A DNA stretch of 64,000 bases from the human T2T-CHM13v2.0 reference genome, Homo sapiens. The position numbers and the translations under genes are program-made. Location: NCBI RefSeq assembly GCF_009914755.1, contig NC_060947.1, one strand, 5' to 3'. This document shows positions 1-13,578 of the stretch, in pieces. Each line of letters starts with the position of its first letter. Position 1 is the stretch's first letter. The notes under the pieces were generated by a model. That model searched no databases. It was not told the origin of the DNA and was given only the letters and a program-made list of their open reading frames with translations.

Positions 1-478
1 TGACAAATATTTATAGAAGTATTATCTATGATAGCTAAAAGCTAGACTTAATTCAAATGTTCATCACTGGGTGAATGGCTAAATTACTATATCCATAAAA
101 TGGTATACAACTCATACATTTAAAAAACCGAGATACTAATACACATGACAACCTGTATGAATAGAAAAACATTATGCTGAATAAAAAAGCTATATATAAG
201 ATACTACTTACTTTGTAATTTTACTTATAAGAACTTCGAAAGCAGGCAAAACCAATACATAGTGATGAAAGGCAGATAAGTGGCTGTCTTTGGTTGAGCG
301 TGTTGGGGAGGAGTGTGAGTGATACTTGTGGTGATAGGAATGTTTTGTATTTTAATTGTGATGGTGATTACATGGGTGTTATTTTTTGAAATTCCTTGAA
401 CTGTATACTTAAAATAGGCGTATTTACTTTTTGTATATTATTCCTTAATAAATTTTATTTAAAAAGTTAAAAAAATCA
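1..478 (+). mobile_element. Old L1M (L1MC/ME-type) 3' end fragment
   Basis: Diverged L1 3'UTR motifs (caaatgttcatcactgggtgaatgg, aaaaacattatgctgaata, gtgatggtgattacatgggtgt) ending in aataaa and an A-rich tail. Confidence 0.7.
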
Positions 479-599
479 TTATGACAAAGCTATAAATAAA
501 TGAAAATAAAAACAAAACAAAACAAAACAAAGAAAAGCCAGATGTAGTACTTAGCCATGGAGACTAATGATAATTTTATATATCATAAACTATGACAGT

Positions 600-1362
600 T
601 ACTATGTATAAAAACTGCTGTTAGCAAGCATCATCAATAAGACTGTAAAACAAGAAGACTGCTTTACCCTGGAGCTTTAAAGAAGACTTTGTCAGGAAGT
701 GACATTTGTGACAAGATATGAATGATGAGCAGAGATTAACTATGTAAAGGGGGAATGATGAAGGGCAGGGGAAGAATATTCCCAACTGCAAGAAGAGCAC
801 GTGCTCTGTCGTGGTGGAAAGTGAAGTCAGCCCTGACTGGGGAACAAAAAAACTGGCTGGAATTTGGTTGAGATAAAGGTGAAGATGTAGCCAATAACTA
901 GACCATGTAGAGCTTTATAGGATTTTAGTCTACTATCCTAAGGCTACTGAAGGATTTTAAGTTGGAAATGTTTATGTGTACCATGATCAGATTTGCATTT
1001 TTAAAATATTGTTCTGGCTTCTGGGTAGAGATTGACGAAATGGGGTTTTGGAGAATGGAAGCTGGGAAAATATTTATGTGTCTATTGCTATAATTCTGTA
1101 AGGAAATGCTGGACAGATAACAAGCTGTTGTGGTAGAAGTGGTGATGGAGAAAAGTGGACAAGTCTCAGAAATATTTGGGATCATAAAATCTGGTGTTAT
1201 TTGAATAAAAAGGGGAAGGAGAGTATGCTGATGAGGTTACTTCCTACGTTTTCCTCTTGTGGAACAGGACACATAATGATGCCATTCATTGAGATAAGAA
1301 ACACTGGGAAAAGATGCAATTTGGTGGAAGAAAAGTCATGAGTTTAGTTTTTGGTATATTAT
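600..1362 (-). mobile_element. L2 fragment (resumes near 3848 after the MLT1A insertion)
   Basis: Purine-rich L2 antisense motifs (gaagtgacatttg, atcagatttgcattttt, gatgccattcattgagata, catgagtttagttttg). Confidence 0.65.
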
Positions 1363-1365
1363 GGT

Positions 1366-3847
1366 ATATTTTTTCGCCCATTTGTGCTGCCATAACAAAG
1401 TACCCAAACCAGAATGACTTGTAAACAACAAAAGTTTATTCCTCACAGTTCTGGAGGCTAGGAAGTCCAAGATCAAGGCATTTTCAGAGTCGATGACTGG
1501 TGAGGGCCAGTTTCCTGGTTCATGCATGGTGTCTTCTTGCTGTATCTTCAGATAGTGGGAGGGGCATTTCCCAAAGGCCCTGCCTCTTAATACCATCACA
1601 TGAGTAATTAGTTTCCACATATGAATTTTGGGGAGAAACAAACATTCAGACCATAGCATTTCACCCCTTGCCCCCTCAAAATTCATATTTTATCACATGC
1701 AAAACACATTCATCCCATCCCAATAGTGCCCAAAATCTTAACTCATTTCAGCCTCAACTTTAACATCTAAGCCTAAAGTCTCATCTAAATATCACCTGTA
1801 AGGATGGTTAATGGGTACAAAAAAAAATAGAAAGAATGAATAAGACCTAGTATTTGATAGCAGAACAGGGCAATGGTTGTCAATAATAATTTACTTATAC
1901 ATTTTAAAGTAACTAAAATAGTATAATTAGATTGTTAGTAACACAAAGGATAAATGCCTGAGGAGTTGGATACCCCATCTTTTATGATGTGATTATTGCA
2001 CATTGCATGCCTGTATCAAAACATCTCATGTACCCCATAAATATATATAACTACTATGTACTCACAAAAATTAAAAGTAAATAAATAAACATCATCTAAA
2101 TTAGATATGGGTGAGACTCAAGGTGCATTTCATCCTGAAGCAAACTGCTCTCCAGCTGTGGACCAAATCAAACATGTTATGTGCTTCCAAAATACAATGA
2201 TGTGACAGGCATAGGATAGACATTTCTATTCCAGAACAGAGAAATCAGAACAAAGAAAGGGATACAGGTCCCAAGTAAGTCTGAAATCTGACACGGTAAA
2301 CAACATTAAATCTTACAGCTTGAGAGTATAATTTTCCTTTATGCTGTATCCCACATTCCAGACATACTGGGGTAATGGTTTTCCCCAAGGCTCTGGGAGG
2401 CTCCACGCCCATGACTCCATTAGACATTGCCCTAGTGGGGACCCTGCAGTGGTCCCACTCTTGTGGCAGCCCTTTGCCAGGATCATACACCAAAGGCACC
2501 AGGCTGGACCATCCTTTAAAGTCTAGGTGGAGGTAGCCACACTTCCACAGCTGTGCACTCTGCACACTGGCAGTGACAGTAGTGCATGGACACTGTCAAG
2601 GTTTAGCACCTGCATCCTCCAAAGGGACAGCCACCATGATCTGCACTGTACCTGGGGCCACTGGAGCCACACCTGGGGCAGCTGAGGAGCACGGCACCAG
2701 AATACTGTCAGGCCCTTGCACACTTGGTCTGTGATGAGAGGGCAGCCATGATCTCCAAAATGTCCAGGGTCATTCTTTCATTATCTTGATGAATAACACC
2801 TGGCTTCCATTGAGTTGGCCAGTTCATATCAATGTCCTCATCAAACAGTGACTTGGCCACACCATTGTTCTCTTCCAAATAGCATTTTCTATTTTTTCCA
2901 ATATGGATAGGCCAAGGATTTCCCAAATTTGTAAGTTCAGCTTCCCTCCTGATTAACAATCCTTTCTTTAAGTAATTTCTTTCTTCTTATGTCACATTTT
3001 CAACACTTAGCTTGGAAGTTTATTTAGCCAAATATTCAATTTCATTGCTCACAAGTTCTACCATCCACAAAACACTAGGACATTCAGTCATGTTTTTGTC
3101 ACTTTATAACAAGGATCACCTTTCCTTCAGTTTCCAATAACATATTCCTCATTTCCATCTGAGACATTATCAGAATTTCCTTTTTCATCCATATTCCTTC
3201 CAACATTCTGATCAGAATTACTCAGGTATTCTCTAAGAAGACTGAGGCTTTCTCTACAGCTCTCCCCCCTTCCATCTGAGCCCTCACCAAAATTATACTT
3301 ACCAATATATTTTTGGCAATGTGGGCTTTATTAAGTATGGTTTAAATTCTTCCAGCCTCTACCCATTATTCAGTTTCAAAGCCACTTCCACATTTTTAGA
3401 TATTTGTTATAGCACCCTTACTTCTCAGTACCAATGTTCTGTCTTCATCCAATTGAGCTGCTATAACAAAATACCATAAATTGAGCAGCTTATGAACAGC
3501 AGAAATTTATTTCTCACAGTTCTGAAAGCTGGGCAGCCCAAGATCAAAGTGCTGGCAAATTCGGTGTTTGGTGGGGGCCCTCTTCTTTATTCATAGATGG
3601 TTCCTTCTAGTTGTGTCCTCACATGGTAGAAGGTGCAGACTAAGTCTCTGGGGCCTTTTTCCTAAGGGCACTAATCCCATTCATGAAGGCTCCACCCTCA
3701 TGACCTAATTACTTCCCAAAGGTCTCTACCCATTACTCAGTTTCAAAACCACTTTGGCATTTTTAGATATAATCCTCATACGATCGCATTGATCGTCAAG
3801 TTTCAATATATGAACTCTGGGAAGACACAAACATTCATACCCTCCCA
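1366..3847 (-). mobile_element. MLT1A/MLT1A0 MaLR provirus: LTR (~1366-1658, internally deleted), internal region, LTR (~3440-3847)
   Basis: Two copies of the MLT1A LTR reverse complement (gctgccataacaaa...ctcacagttctg...ccaagatcaa...aaacattcagaccatagca) flanking MaLR internal sequence. Confidence 0.85.
1795..2085 (+). mobile_element. L1MA 3'UTR fragment nested in the MLT1A internal region
   Basis: L1MA 3' end (atggttaatgggtacaaaaa...tgcatgcctgtatcaaaacatctcatgtacccc); TSD-like taaa(t/c)atca at 1786-1794 and 2086-2094. Confidence 0.85.
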
Positions 3848-4796
3848 GTGTCGCCGAGATGGCTAAATGGAGTTGTTAGGGTGCAGATATAAATTTGAAA
3901 TTTGAACCAATTGTATTTCTCATCTTTACCCTTTTTCTCTAGTCCCTTTTCTGTCTTTAAAAGATTTTTCTCTTTGTTTGAAAACCCAGGGCATAATTGT
4001 TGTCTACCTAAAGTTAGATGATGAGCACAGTATATTACGTAAATTATCATGGAACATTTTGCAGAGTCAGTGCAGTGCTATGGGACTGATGTCAGTATGA
4101 AGGACTTTGAGGTCAGAAATCAGCCTGCACTAGAGATGTGTCAAGCAACATTTTTATTTGTAAAAGTTGAGGTGAAGCTTATTAGTAAGCTCAATAATTT
4201 ATAGTCAACAAATATTTTCTGAGCAACTACCAAGTGCAAGCATAATCTAGATACTGCAAGACATATAAATAGTATGTTGTCTAATAATGGTTTTAAGAAT
4301 GAAAAGTAAAAAAGAACCAAAGACATCATGTCCTCTTGGAAATTAGCCAAGTATAGTGTCAAAGTGACATTTAATTTCACATAGTACTGGACTCAAAAAC
4401 AGTAGCAGAATTCATTATTTCTGCTGTCTACCAAACGCCTCCTCACTCCAATTCAGGGACTATAACACTGAGATATACCCAGGATACCTAGGGTATATCC
4501 AGAAGCCATGTTTGAAAGCACAACTGTCTCACTGCTTAATCTTGAAACATCGAGCACATTTTGCATTCTGTTTCTCAATGTATTTATACTTGTTTATATG
4601 TGAAATATTTCCAATTACTTAAAATAAATAAAAATGATACTTCAGAAAGATGTGATGCTTGTCCTGTGGGATCATCTATTCTCTAACTTAATCCAAATAC
4701 TCTAAATCTATGTATAATCTAGTTTGAAACATGTTACCATAGGTAAACCTCTGTTTAATAAATAGACATGTTCACAAAAAACTGTAAATTTTTTAA

Positions 4797-5160
<364 letters not shown>

Positions 5161-5660
5161 TTGAGATCTCTTTCTTTAGAATAATTATATGTACAATCGT
5201 GACATGTATGTTTACCAGCCGAATAACTGGAACAGAGAACAATGAGCATTTTCATTAGATAGACTACTGTTTATATTTATGTTTCGGTGATAGCTACTTA
5301 AGAAAGTTCTGTTGCTTTGACTAGAACTATGAACACATAAAAATGTTTGCTAATCGACTCCTGAGTATGATTTAAAACTACTGGCAAAAATTAAAATGTA
5401 TATTTGAAATACAAGCATATTTTTATTATCATACATGATTGTAAGAGCAAGGTACTGTTTCTCTGCCAGTGACATCATGAAATAGTGAACTTTGACAGCT
5501 AAATCAATAAACCCCACACATACTTATATGTGAATACCTATCTGGTAGATTGTCATCATATTGTACATATCTGATTGAACAACAAGGAGGCTCCCCAAAC
5601 CCCTATCAAAATAACCTGGAAGCATTTCCAACAATTTGAAACTTAAAAAAATTATTTTTT

Positions 5661-5967
<307 letters not shown>

Positions 5968-7335
5968 CTTTATTTTTTAATTTTTAGTTTTTGTGGGTAT
6001 ATAGTAGGTGTATATATTTGTATATATTTAAGAAGTGCCTGGGATGTTTTGATACAGAAATGCAATGTGAGATAAACACATCATGGAGAATGGGGTATCC
6101 ATCCCCTCAAGCATTAATCCTTTGTCTTATAAACAATCCAGTTAAACTCTTTTACTTATGTTCAAGTGTACAATTAAGTTATTATTGACTATAGACACCC
6201 TGTTGTAGTATCAAATAGTAAGTCTAATTCATTCTTCTCAATTATTATTTGTACACGTTAACCATCCCCCCACCAACTCCAGCCCCCCAACCCTTCTCAG
6301 ACTCTGGTAACAATCCTTCTACCCTCTATCCCCATAAATTCAATTGTTTTGATTTTTAGATCCCACAAATAAGTGAGAACATGTGATGTTAGCCTTTCTG
6401 TACCTGGCTTATTTCATTTAACATAATGATCTTCAGTTCCATCTATGTTGTTGCAAATGACAGGATCTCATTTTTTTATGGCTGAATAGAACTCCATTGT
6501 GTATAAGTACTACACGCTCTATATTCATTCATCTGCTGATGGACACTTAGGTTGCTTCCAAATTTTAGCTATTGTGAACAGTGCTGCAACAAACATAGAA
6601 GTACAGATATCTCTTCAATATTCTGATTTCCTTTCTTTTGGGTATATACCCAGCAGTGGGATTGCTGAATCAAATGGTAGCTCCCTTTTTAATTTTTTGA
6701 GGAACCTCCAAACAGTTCTCCATAGTGGTTGTAGTAATTTGCAACCCCATCAACAGCGTACAAGGTTATTTTTTCTCCACATCCTTGCCAGCATGTGTTA
6801 TTGTCCGTCTTTTGGATAAAAGTCATTTTAACTGGAATGAGATATCTCATTGTAGTTTTGATTTGTAATTCTCTGATGATCAAAGGTGAGCACCTTTCAT
6901 TATGCCTGTTTGCCATTTGTTCCTCTCTTTTTTTCAGAAATGTCTATTTTTCCTAGAGAGTTCTTTAAGCTACTTATATATTCTGATTATTAATCCCTTC
7001 TCATATAGGTATTTTGCAAATATTTTCTCCCATTCTGCGGATTGTCTCTTCACTTTGTTGATTGCAGCCTTTGCTGTGCAGAACAATACTCTGTAAGTAC
7101 AGGTAACCCGAATGAACTTGGAAAAACGGGATCACATCAAGTTAAAAAGGTTCTGCATAGCAAAGGCTGCAATCAACAAAGTGAAGAGACAATCTTATTG
7201 TACTATGTCTTGAAAAATGGTTGTTTTTATTATTTTTGATTGGTTCATTGTTTAGATAGTTGTTAACTTGGTGTCCTTGCCAGGAGACAATTGGTAGAGA
7301 CTTCTAGTCCACTATCTTCCTTCGCCTCCTCTCCC
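5968..7335 (-). mobile_element. Rearranged L1MA: 3' end, inverted ORF2 piece, ORF1-region piece and extreme 5' end
   Basis: L1MA 3'UTR/ORF2 antisense to 7084; sense piece 7081-7194; 7195-7335 matches 28291-28350 and 29506-29608 of the long L1MA in this window. Confidence 0.85.
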
Positions 7336-8092
7336 GAGATCCAGAATTTAAAACTTGAATATGGTTATAATATAGGCAACAGAAAAATAATCAACTTTAT
7401 TATATACTGTTTTGAAAAAGACAGCAAGAGCAGCAGTCTTGACAGCAGTAAAAGCAGCACGCATCCCCCACCACTTGGGTAGAACTCGTCCTCACTTCAC
7501 CTGTGCAGTTCCCATTGATAGAGCAGTAGCAAGAAGCGAGTCTCTCCATCCCAGTAGAGGAAGCAAGATAATGGGAAAAATGTTGCTATCACACTCTAAA
7601 CATAAACCAAAGTTTTACACCAGAGGTATACTTAAACAAATGATTCAAAACCAAAGCAAATAAGCACACATGAGACCCAAACCAAGAAGCCTTTTGTGAC
7701 TTTAACCAGGGTCTTCAAAGAGGGAACAAAAGCTGCAACCTTTCCAAAATCCAGACTACTTCCAATGACAGCTTAAAGAAAGGAATATCTTGCTAGCTGC
7801 AAATGGGGTACAACCCACAACTCTGTTTAGCTATATTTTCTATGGTCCCAACTTCTCAGGTGGCCATCTGCACCTATAGGTATGTGTGTCCCTATACAAA
7901 AAATGAAAAGAGACAAACAGTAGGTAAGACAAGAAATCAAAAGCTGTTTATGGGAACAGAAAGATACAAACAAATGGGTGCCCCAAAAGGTCAGGAGTCA
8001 TACTAATGTAAATTAAAAGCAAGTATTTCAAACTATTTTTCAGAAACGTTTCTTTTTCCTCTTGACTTAAAGGATTTCCATTTTCAGAGAAC

Positions 8093-8164
8093 TGGCTCCC
8101 TGACCTGTAATCAAAACTGGATCATGGCAATGAAAGTGTGAATGCTAGCCAGTACACTACAGGA
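8093..8164 (-). pseudogene. Decayed tRNA-Glu(TTC)-derived sequence with 3' CCA, inside the ERV internal region
   Basis: Reverse complement TCCTGTAGTGTACTGGCTAGCATTCACACTTTCATTGCCATGATCCAGTTTTGATTACAGGTCAGGGAGCCA is collinear with mammalian tRNA-Glu-TTC; anticodon TTC at 8132-8134. Confidence 0.75.
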
Positions 8165-10425
8165 TGAAGTGCCCTGTGGCAAAACTTAAGGGAATCCAAA
8201 GCAGGCAGTTTGCACATTCAAAGGATTTTAACTTTTAAATCTGATTTCTGTTTTTTAAATCTTACCTAGGAAGTTGCTAAGGCTATATTTCTGTTGTATC
8301 TTTTCATAGGTACTAAAAACTCACTGTTTAAGACAACAGCTCTCTAAAACTTTTTTTTTTAATATAGCCCATTTATTTGTCTGTGAGCTAAAGCTATGAG
8401 GACTGGCTGCTGGGCTTCCCTGAAGCCTTGCACACATCTTGCTGTGAGCTTCTGTCTTTTGTTTTAAGCCTCTCAATCCTGGAGTCTGGACAGGTGGCTA
8501 CGATGATGTCTGGGGTCATATGTGTCTGCAGTGCCTGGGCCACTAGCTACAAGGAGAGCTTAGCCCAGTATGGCTCCATCTTTCCTGGCCTAGCTCTGCT
8601 TCCTGGCCATGCTGGGAGGGGTTGGATCCTCTAGGCATCATCTTCACAGCTCTATCCTCTGTCCTTGGCTCTGTATCTGGTGTGTAAATCCAAAACCCAG
8701 ATAGGCCTTGCCTTTCTTAGCTTCTCTGGGTGCCATGTGGGAACTTTGGACAAATGTGTTTGGGAAGAGAAAGGGGAGGGTACTTGTGTCCAGTATTTCA
8801 AAGACCTTGGTTAAGATAAGATTGGTTGATGCGGGGTTAGCCTAGTTTTGCTTTTTCAATAGAAAAAATAACTTAAATGGCTAGCTTTGTTTTCCATAAA
8901 CAATTCAAATATAATTGTTAAGAATGAGTACATTAGGTACATGTAAATTAAATAAATGTTTATAAATAAAACTTGGTTTCAAAAATCTATTTGGTAATTT
9001 AAAACTTTAAAGGTCTGTTATGTTCAATTAAGTAATAGATAATCATGAAATGGCTGAGTCATTTTAAGTAAGCAAAAATACTGAAATATTAATTATTAAA
9101 TGTAAGTTTAAGTTTAAACATATGTACTTTGACATTTTGTTTTTATATGGTACAGAAAAGTTAAATATATCTAGATCTGCTGGAAAACATTTTACAAATT
9201 GAGAAAAACATCTTTCTAGAAATTATAAAATGATTTTCATCCCTGAATACTGATATAAAACAATTCAAAAGTACTTGCTTCTTAGGTTTTCACTAGAAAT
9301 TAAGGTTACTAAGAGTTATAATTGTAATTAATATATGTAATTAAAACTACTAAATATAAGAAACTAATAAATATACAAAATATAAAACTACTAAATATAC
9401 ATAGTATATAATGAAAATAAGATGTTATAAGGTATGAGGATGTGTTTTTTGTTGAGAAAAAATGATTTTTGTCTAGGTGGAAGTTATTTAAAAGTTGTTT
9501 CTGAAGAAAAATTAATGAGTAAAGGAATGAATGTTATAGATAAAAATAAATGGATATTAAAAGTTGAGAAAATATGAAAAAATGTAAGAGATTCAAGAAA
9601 GTTTATCGTAATCTTGTGTGGTGAAAGCTGACTGAGGTAGAATGGATTTGTTTACAAGGTTTTATTAAAATTGGCTTTAGTATTAATAGCACCCTGGTAC
9701 AAAACTAAAATTTAGTGTTCTTTTTTATAAAATATTTTCATGTAATACTGATAAAAGACAATAGAGATTTTTGTTCACCTTTTGAGTAAACTGCAAAAAA
9801 AAAAAGAGAGAGAGAGAGAGAAACATTCTGTGTGCCTCATACTGTCTTTTTTGGTCTTTTGGTTATTTCTGAAACTGAGTCTCCTCTCCATCAATGAGTA
9901 AAGGTTTTTGTTTTTTGAAATCTTTCAATTATCATTTTGGTTAAATAAATGACTATTATTACACAGGGAGTGTGATTCTATTTTTGATCAAGTGTTTTGA
10001 AACTTTCTTTTTGATAAACTTTCCAAATCAAATTCAAATTAAGTCTTTTTGACCTCAGACTAACTTTGAAATGTTTTAGAGGGTTCCAAAACATTTTAAA
10101 TCTTTTTCAAATTGTATTTGTAAAAATATGTTATTATGTGTTCCAAATTGTATACGTTTTTTGAAATACTGGTATGTCTTTGTATATGTTATCAGCAAAA
10201 ATTATAATTATTATGTTAAATTGTTGTAGGACACATAAAATAACCAGTTTTCCCTGTAAATTGTGTCTTTAAGCGTGACTATTTTAAGTCTTGTCCTCAG
10301 TCAATTGCCTTATTTTGGTATTCTTTATAAAAGCATTTTACAGTCAACTGAAGCCCAAAATTTGCTTCTTCGTCAATGAAGTTTATGGAAAGGACCCTGA
10401 CAAGTACTCTTAGAAACAAGTTTCT

Positions 10426-11840
10426 TGATATTAGACCTTTGTCAGATGGGTAGATTGCAAATTTTCTCCCATCCTGTAGGTTGCCTGTTCACTCTGATGA
10501 TAGTTTCTTTTGCTATGCAGAAACTCTTTAGTTTAATTAGATCCCATTTGTCAATTTTGGCTTTTGTTGCCATTGCTTTTGGTGTTTTAGTCATGAAGTC
10601 TTTGCCCATGCCTATGTCCGGAATGGTATTGCCTAGGTTTTCTGCTAGGGTTTTTATGGTTTTGGGTTTTACATTTAAGTCTTTAATCCATCTTGGGTTA
10701 ATTTTTGTATAAGGTATAAGGAAGGGGTCCAGTTTCACTTTTCTGCATATGGCTAGCCAGTTTTCCCAGCACAATTTATTAACTAGGGAATCCTTTCCCT
10801 ATTGCTTGTTTTTGTCAGGTTTGTCAAATATCAGATGGTTGCAGATGTGTGATGTTATTTCTGAGGTCTCTGTTCTGTTCCATTGTTCTATATCTCTGTT
10901 TTGGTACCAGTACTATGCTGTTTTGGTTACTGTAACCTTGTCTACAAGGAACTGAAACAAATTTACAAGAAAAAACAAACAACCCTATCAAAAAGTGGGT
11001 GAAGGATATGAATAGACATTTCTCAAAGGAAGACATTTATGCAGCTAACAAACATATGAAAAAAAGCTCATCATCACTGGTCATTAGAGAAATGCAAATC
11101 AAAACCACAATGAGATACCATCTCACTCCAGTTAGAATGGGAATTATTAAAAACTCAGGAAACAACAGATGCTGGGGAGGCTGTGGAGAAATAGGAATGC
11201 TTTTACACTGTTGGTGGGAGTGTAAATTAGTTCAACCATTGTGGAAGACAGTGTGGTGATCCTCAAGGGTCTAGAACCAGAAATACCATCTGACCCAGCC
11301 ATCCCATTACTGGATATATACCCAAAGGATTATAAATCATTCTACTATAAAGGCACATGCACACCTATGTTTATTGAAGCACTATTTATAATAGCAAAGA
11401 CTTTGAACCAACCCAAATGCCCATCAATGATAGACTGGATAAAGACAATGTAGCACATATACACCATGGAATACTATGCACCCATAAAAAAGAATGAATT
11501 CATGTCCTTTGTAGGGACATGGATGAAGCTGGAAGCCATCATTCTCAGCAAACTAACACAGGAACAGAAAACCAAACACTGCATGTTCTCACTCATAAGT
11601 GGGAGTTGAACAATGAGAACACATGGATACAGGGAGGGGAACATCACACACCGGGGCCTGTCGGGGGGTGGCGGGCAAGGGAGGGAGAGCATTAGGACAA
11701 ATACCTAATGCATGTGGGGATTAAAACCTAGATGATGGGTTGATAAGTGCAGCAAACCACCATGGCACATGTATACCTATGTAACCTGCACGTTCTGCAC
11801 ATGTATCCCAGAACGTAAAGTAAAATTAAAAAAAAAAAAG
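10426..11840 (+). mobile_element. 5'-truncated L1PA7-like element with 5' inversion (antisense 10426-10940, sense 10941-11840)
   Basis: ORF2 peptides on both strands ([11 protein letters not shown] on minus; [11 protein letters not shown] on plus); L1PA7-type 3'UTR (attaggacaaatacctaatgcatg) and poly(A). Confidence 0.9.
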
Positions 11841-12857
11841 AAGTTTAATAAAAACAAAAAGTTTTTTTTTTTTATCACTTTAAGACCATATCATTGGACT
11901 GGGGAAAATGTCAGAAGTCTAAGAGAAATAGTGGACTGATAAAATTGCTAACCCAACATCAATCAAAACAAGAATTAATTTCATGGGTCTAAACTGATGG
12001 GCCAAAATGATGACTTTTTTGTATGAATTATTGCTCATTCTCTTTTTATGTTTTGTTTCCCAGAGTTAAGAAATCTTTCTTTCTTTCTCTTGGCTACCTA
12101 TAGCTTTACAGTAATTTGATAAAGTATACTTTTGTGACCAAAATCAAAACATTTACCTTTCTCCTTACCTGGTCACCCTAGAACTTGAAAACTATCCATG
12201 AGTATTCTTACTTCATGGCAAAATATTTATTTGCATAAGTTCAATAAATTTTGTTTTCTTTTGCAACAGGATACAATTGGAGACTCTGATTATTTTACCA
12301 AGACATTGACTGAAATGTAATGTTTTCAGATATACCTGAATTGCTTTGAAGGAATGAGGTTGACTTTATATAGCCAATATGCTTGGAAAAATACTGGCCT
12401 GGTATCTTGTGTACACCGTTTCCTTACAAGGTTCCTGGCCTTGGGTAAGTAATAACTGTCATTTTCTGACAGACCCAGGAACCTCAGGGTATTTGAGGGA
12501 CTTCCAAAAGAGAGAAATTCACCAAATCCATACATGTATTACAGACACAGTCTGATCATGAGTTCTTGGCTTGACTCTTAAACTTTTGATAGGCTTTTAA
12601 AAGTCTAATCTGACATTTCTTGTGAAAAGTTCCAGCAAATCCAATTTAAAAACAACCTATGTGAGATAAATCACTCTTCTTACTGTACTTTATGCAAATA
12701 GTCAGCCCAAGTTTATGAATCCAAATATATTTAACAAATAAATTAGTCTTGTAAATACATTTGGTAGAAATGGGGGACAGGAGAGAGAAAAATGATGTTT
12801 CTCAACAAAATCTATACTACACTCATTATTAGATTCCAGCTCATTGGTTTTTGATAT

Positions 12858-13578
12858 TGTAACCACCCAGCAGGTTCACCTTGCCTGCTGCCTCGATAGA
12901 GCTGATTTATCAAGACAGGGAATTGCAGTAGAGAAAGAAGAATCCACACAGAACTGGCTGTGTCGCAGACAGGAGTTTTATTATTACTCAAATTAGTCTC
13001 CCTGAGCATTTAGGGGATCTTTTTAAAGATAATTTGGTGGGTAGGGGCTCGGGAAGTGGGGCATCCTGATTGGTCAGGTTGGAAATGGAATCATAGGGGG
13101 TCAAAGTAAGTTTCTCTTGCTGTCTTTTGTTCCTAGGTGGGATCGAAGAACTGGTTGAGCCAGATTACAGGTCTGGGTGTTGTCAGCTGGTGAATCAAGT
13201 CGGCAACATATCTCAATCACTGATCTTAGGTTTTACGATAGTGATGTTATTCCCAGGAGCAATTTGAGGAGGTTGAGATTCTTGCAGCTGGAGGCTGCAT
13301 GGCATCTAAACCATAATTTTTAATCTTGTAGCTCATTTGTTAGTTCTACAAAGACATACTGGTCCTCAGGCAAGAAGGGGCTCTTTTTGGGAAAGGGCTA
13401 CTATCAACTTTGTTTCAACATCAAACTATAAACTAAATTCCTTCCCAAGGTAAGTTTGGCCTACACTCAGGAATGAACGAGGGCAGCTTAAAGATTAGAA
13501 GCAAGATGGAGTTGGTCAGGTCTGATCTCTTTCACTGTCATAATTTCCTCAGTTAGAATTTTTGCAAAGGCAGTTTCA
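12858..13578 (-). mobile_element. LTR8-family solo LTR (ERV1)
   Basis: TG...CA termini; minus strand starts tgaaactgcctttgcaaaaatt; perfect 4-bp TSD atat at 12854-12857 and 13579-13582. Confidence 0.85.

Noticed and set aside
2245-2959. Overlapping ORFs in the MLT1A internal region
   Set aside because: Fragments of the decayed MaLR internal ORF, broken by frameshifts and stops
4472-4499. Hairpin gatataccc-agg-ata-cct-a-gggtatatc
   Set aside because: Short and isolated; too small for a pre-miRNA and with no supporting context
7195-7335. Spliced L1 retrocopy (SpIRE) as the explanation of the collapsed L1MA
   Set aside because: The junctions lack GT/AG when compared with the longer paralog; they show 3-bp microhomologies instead
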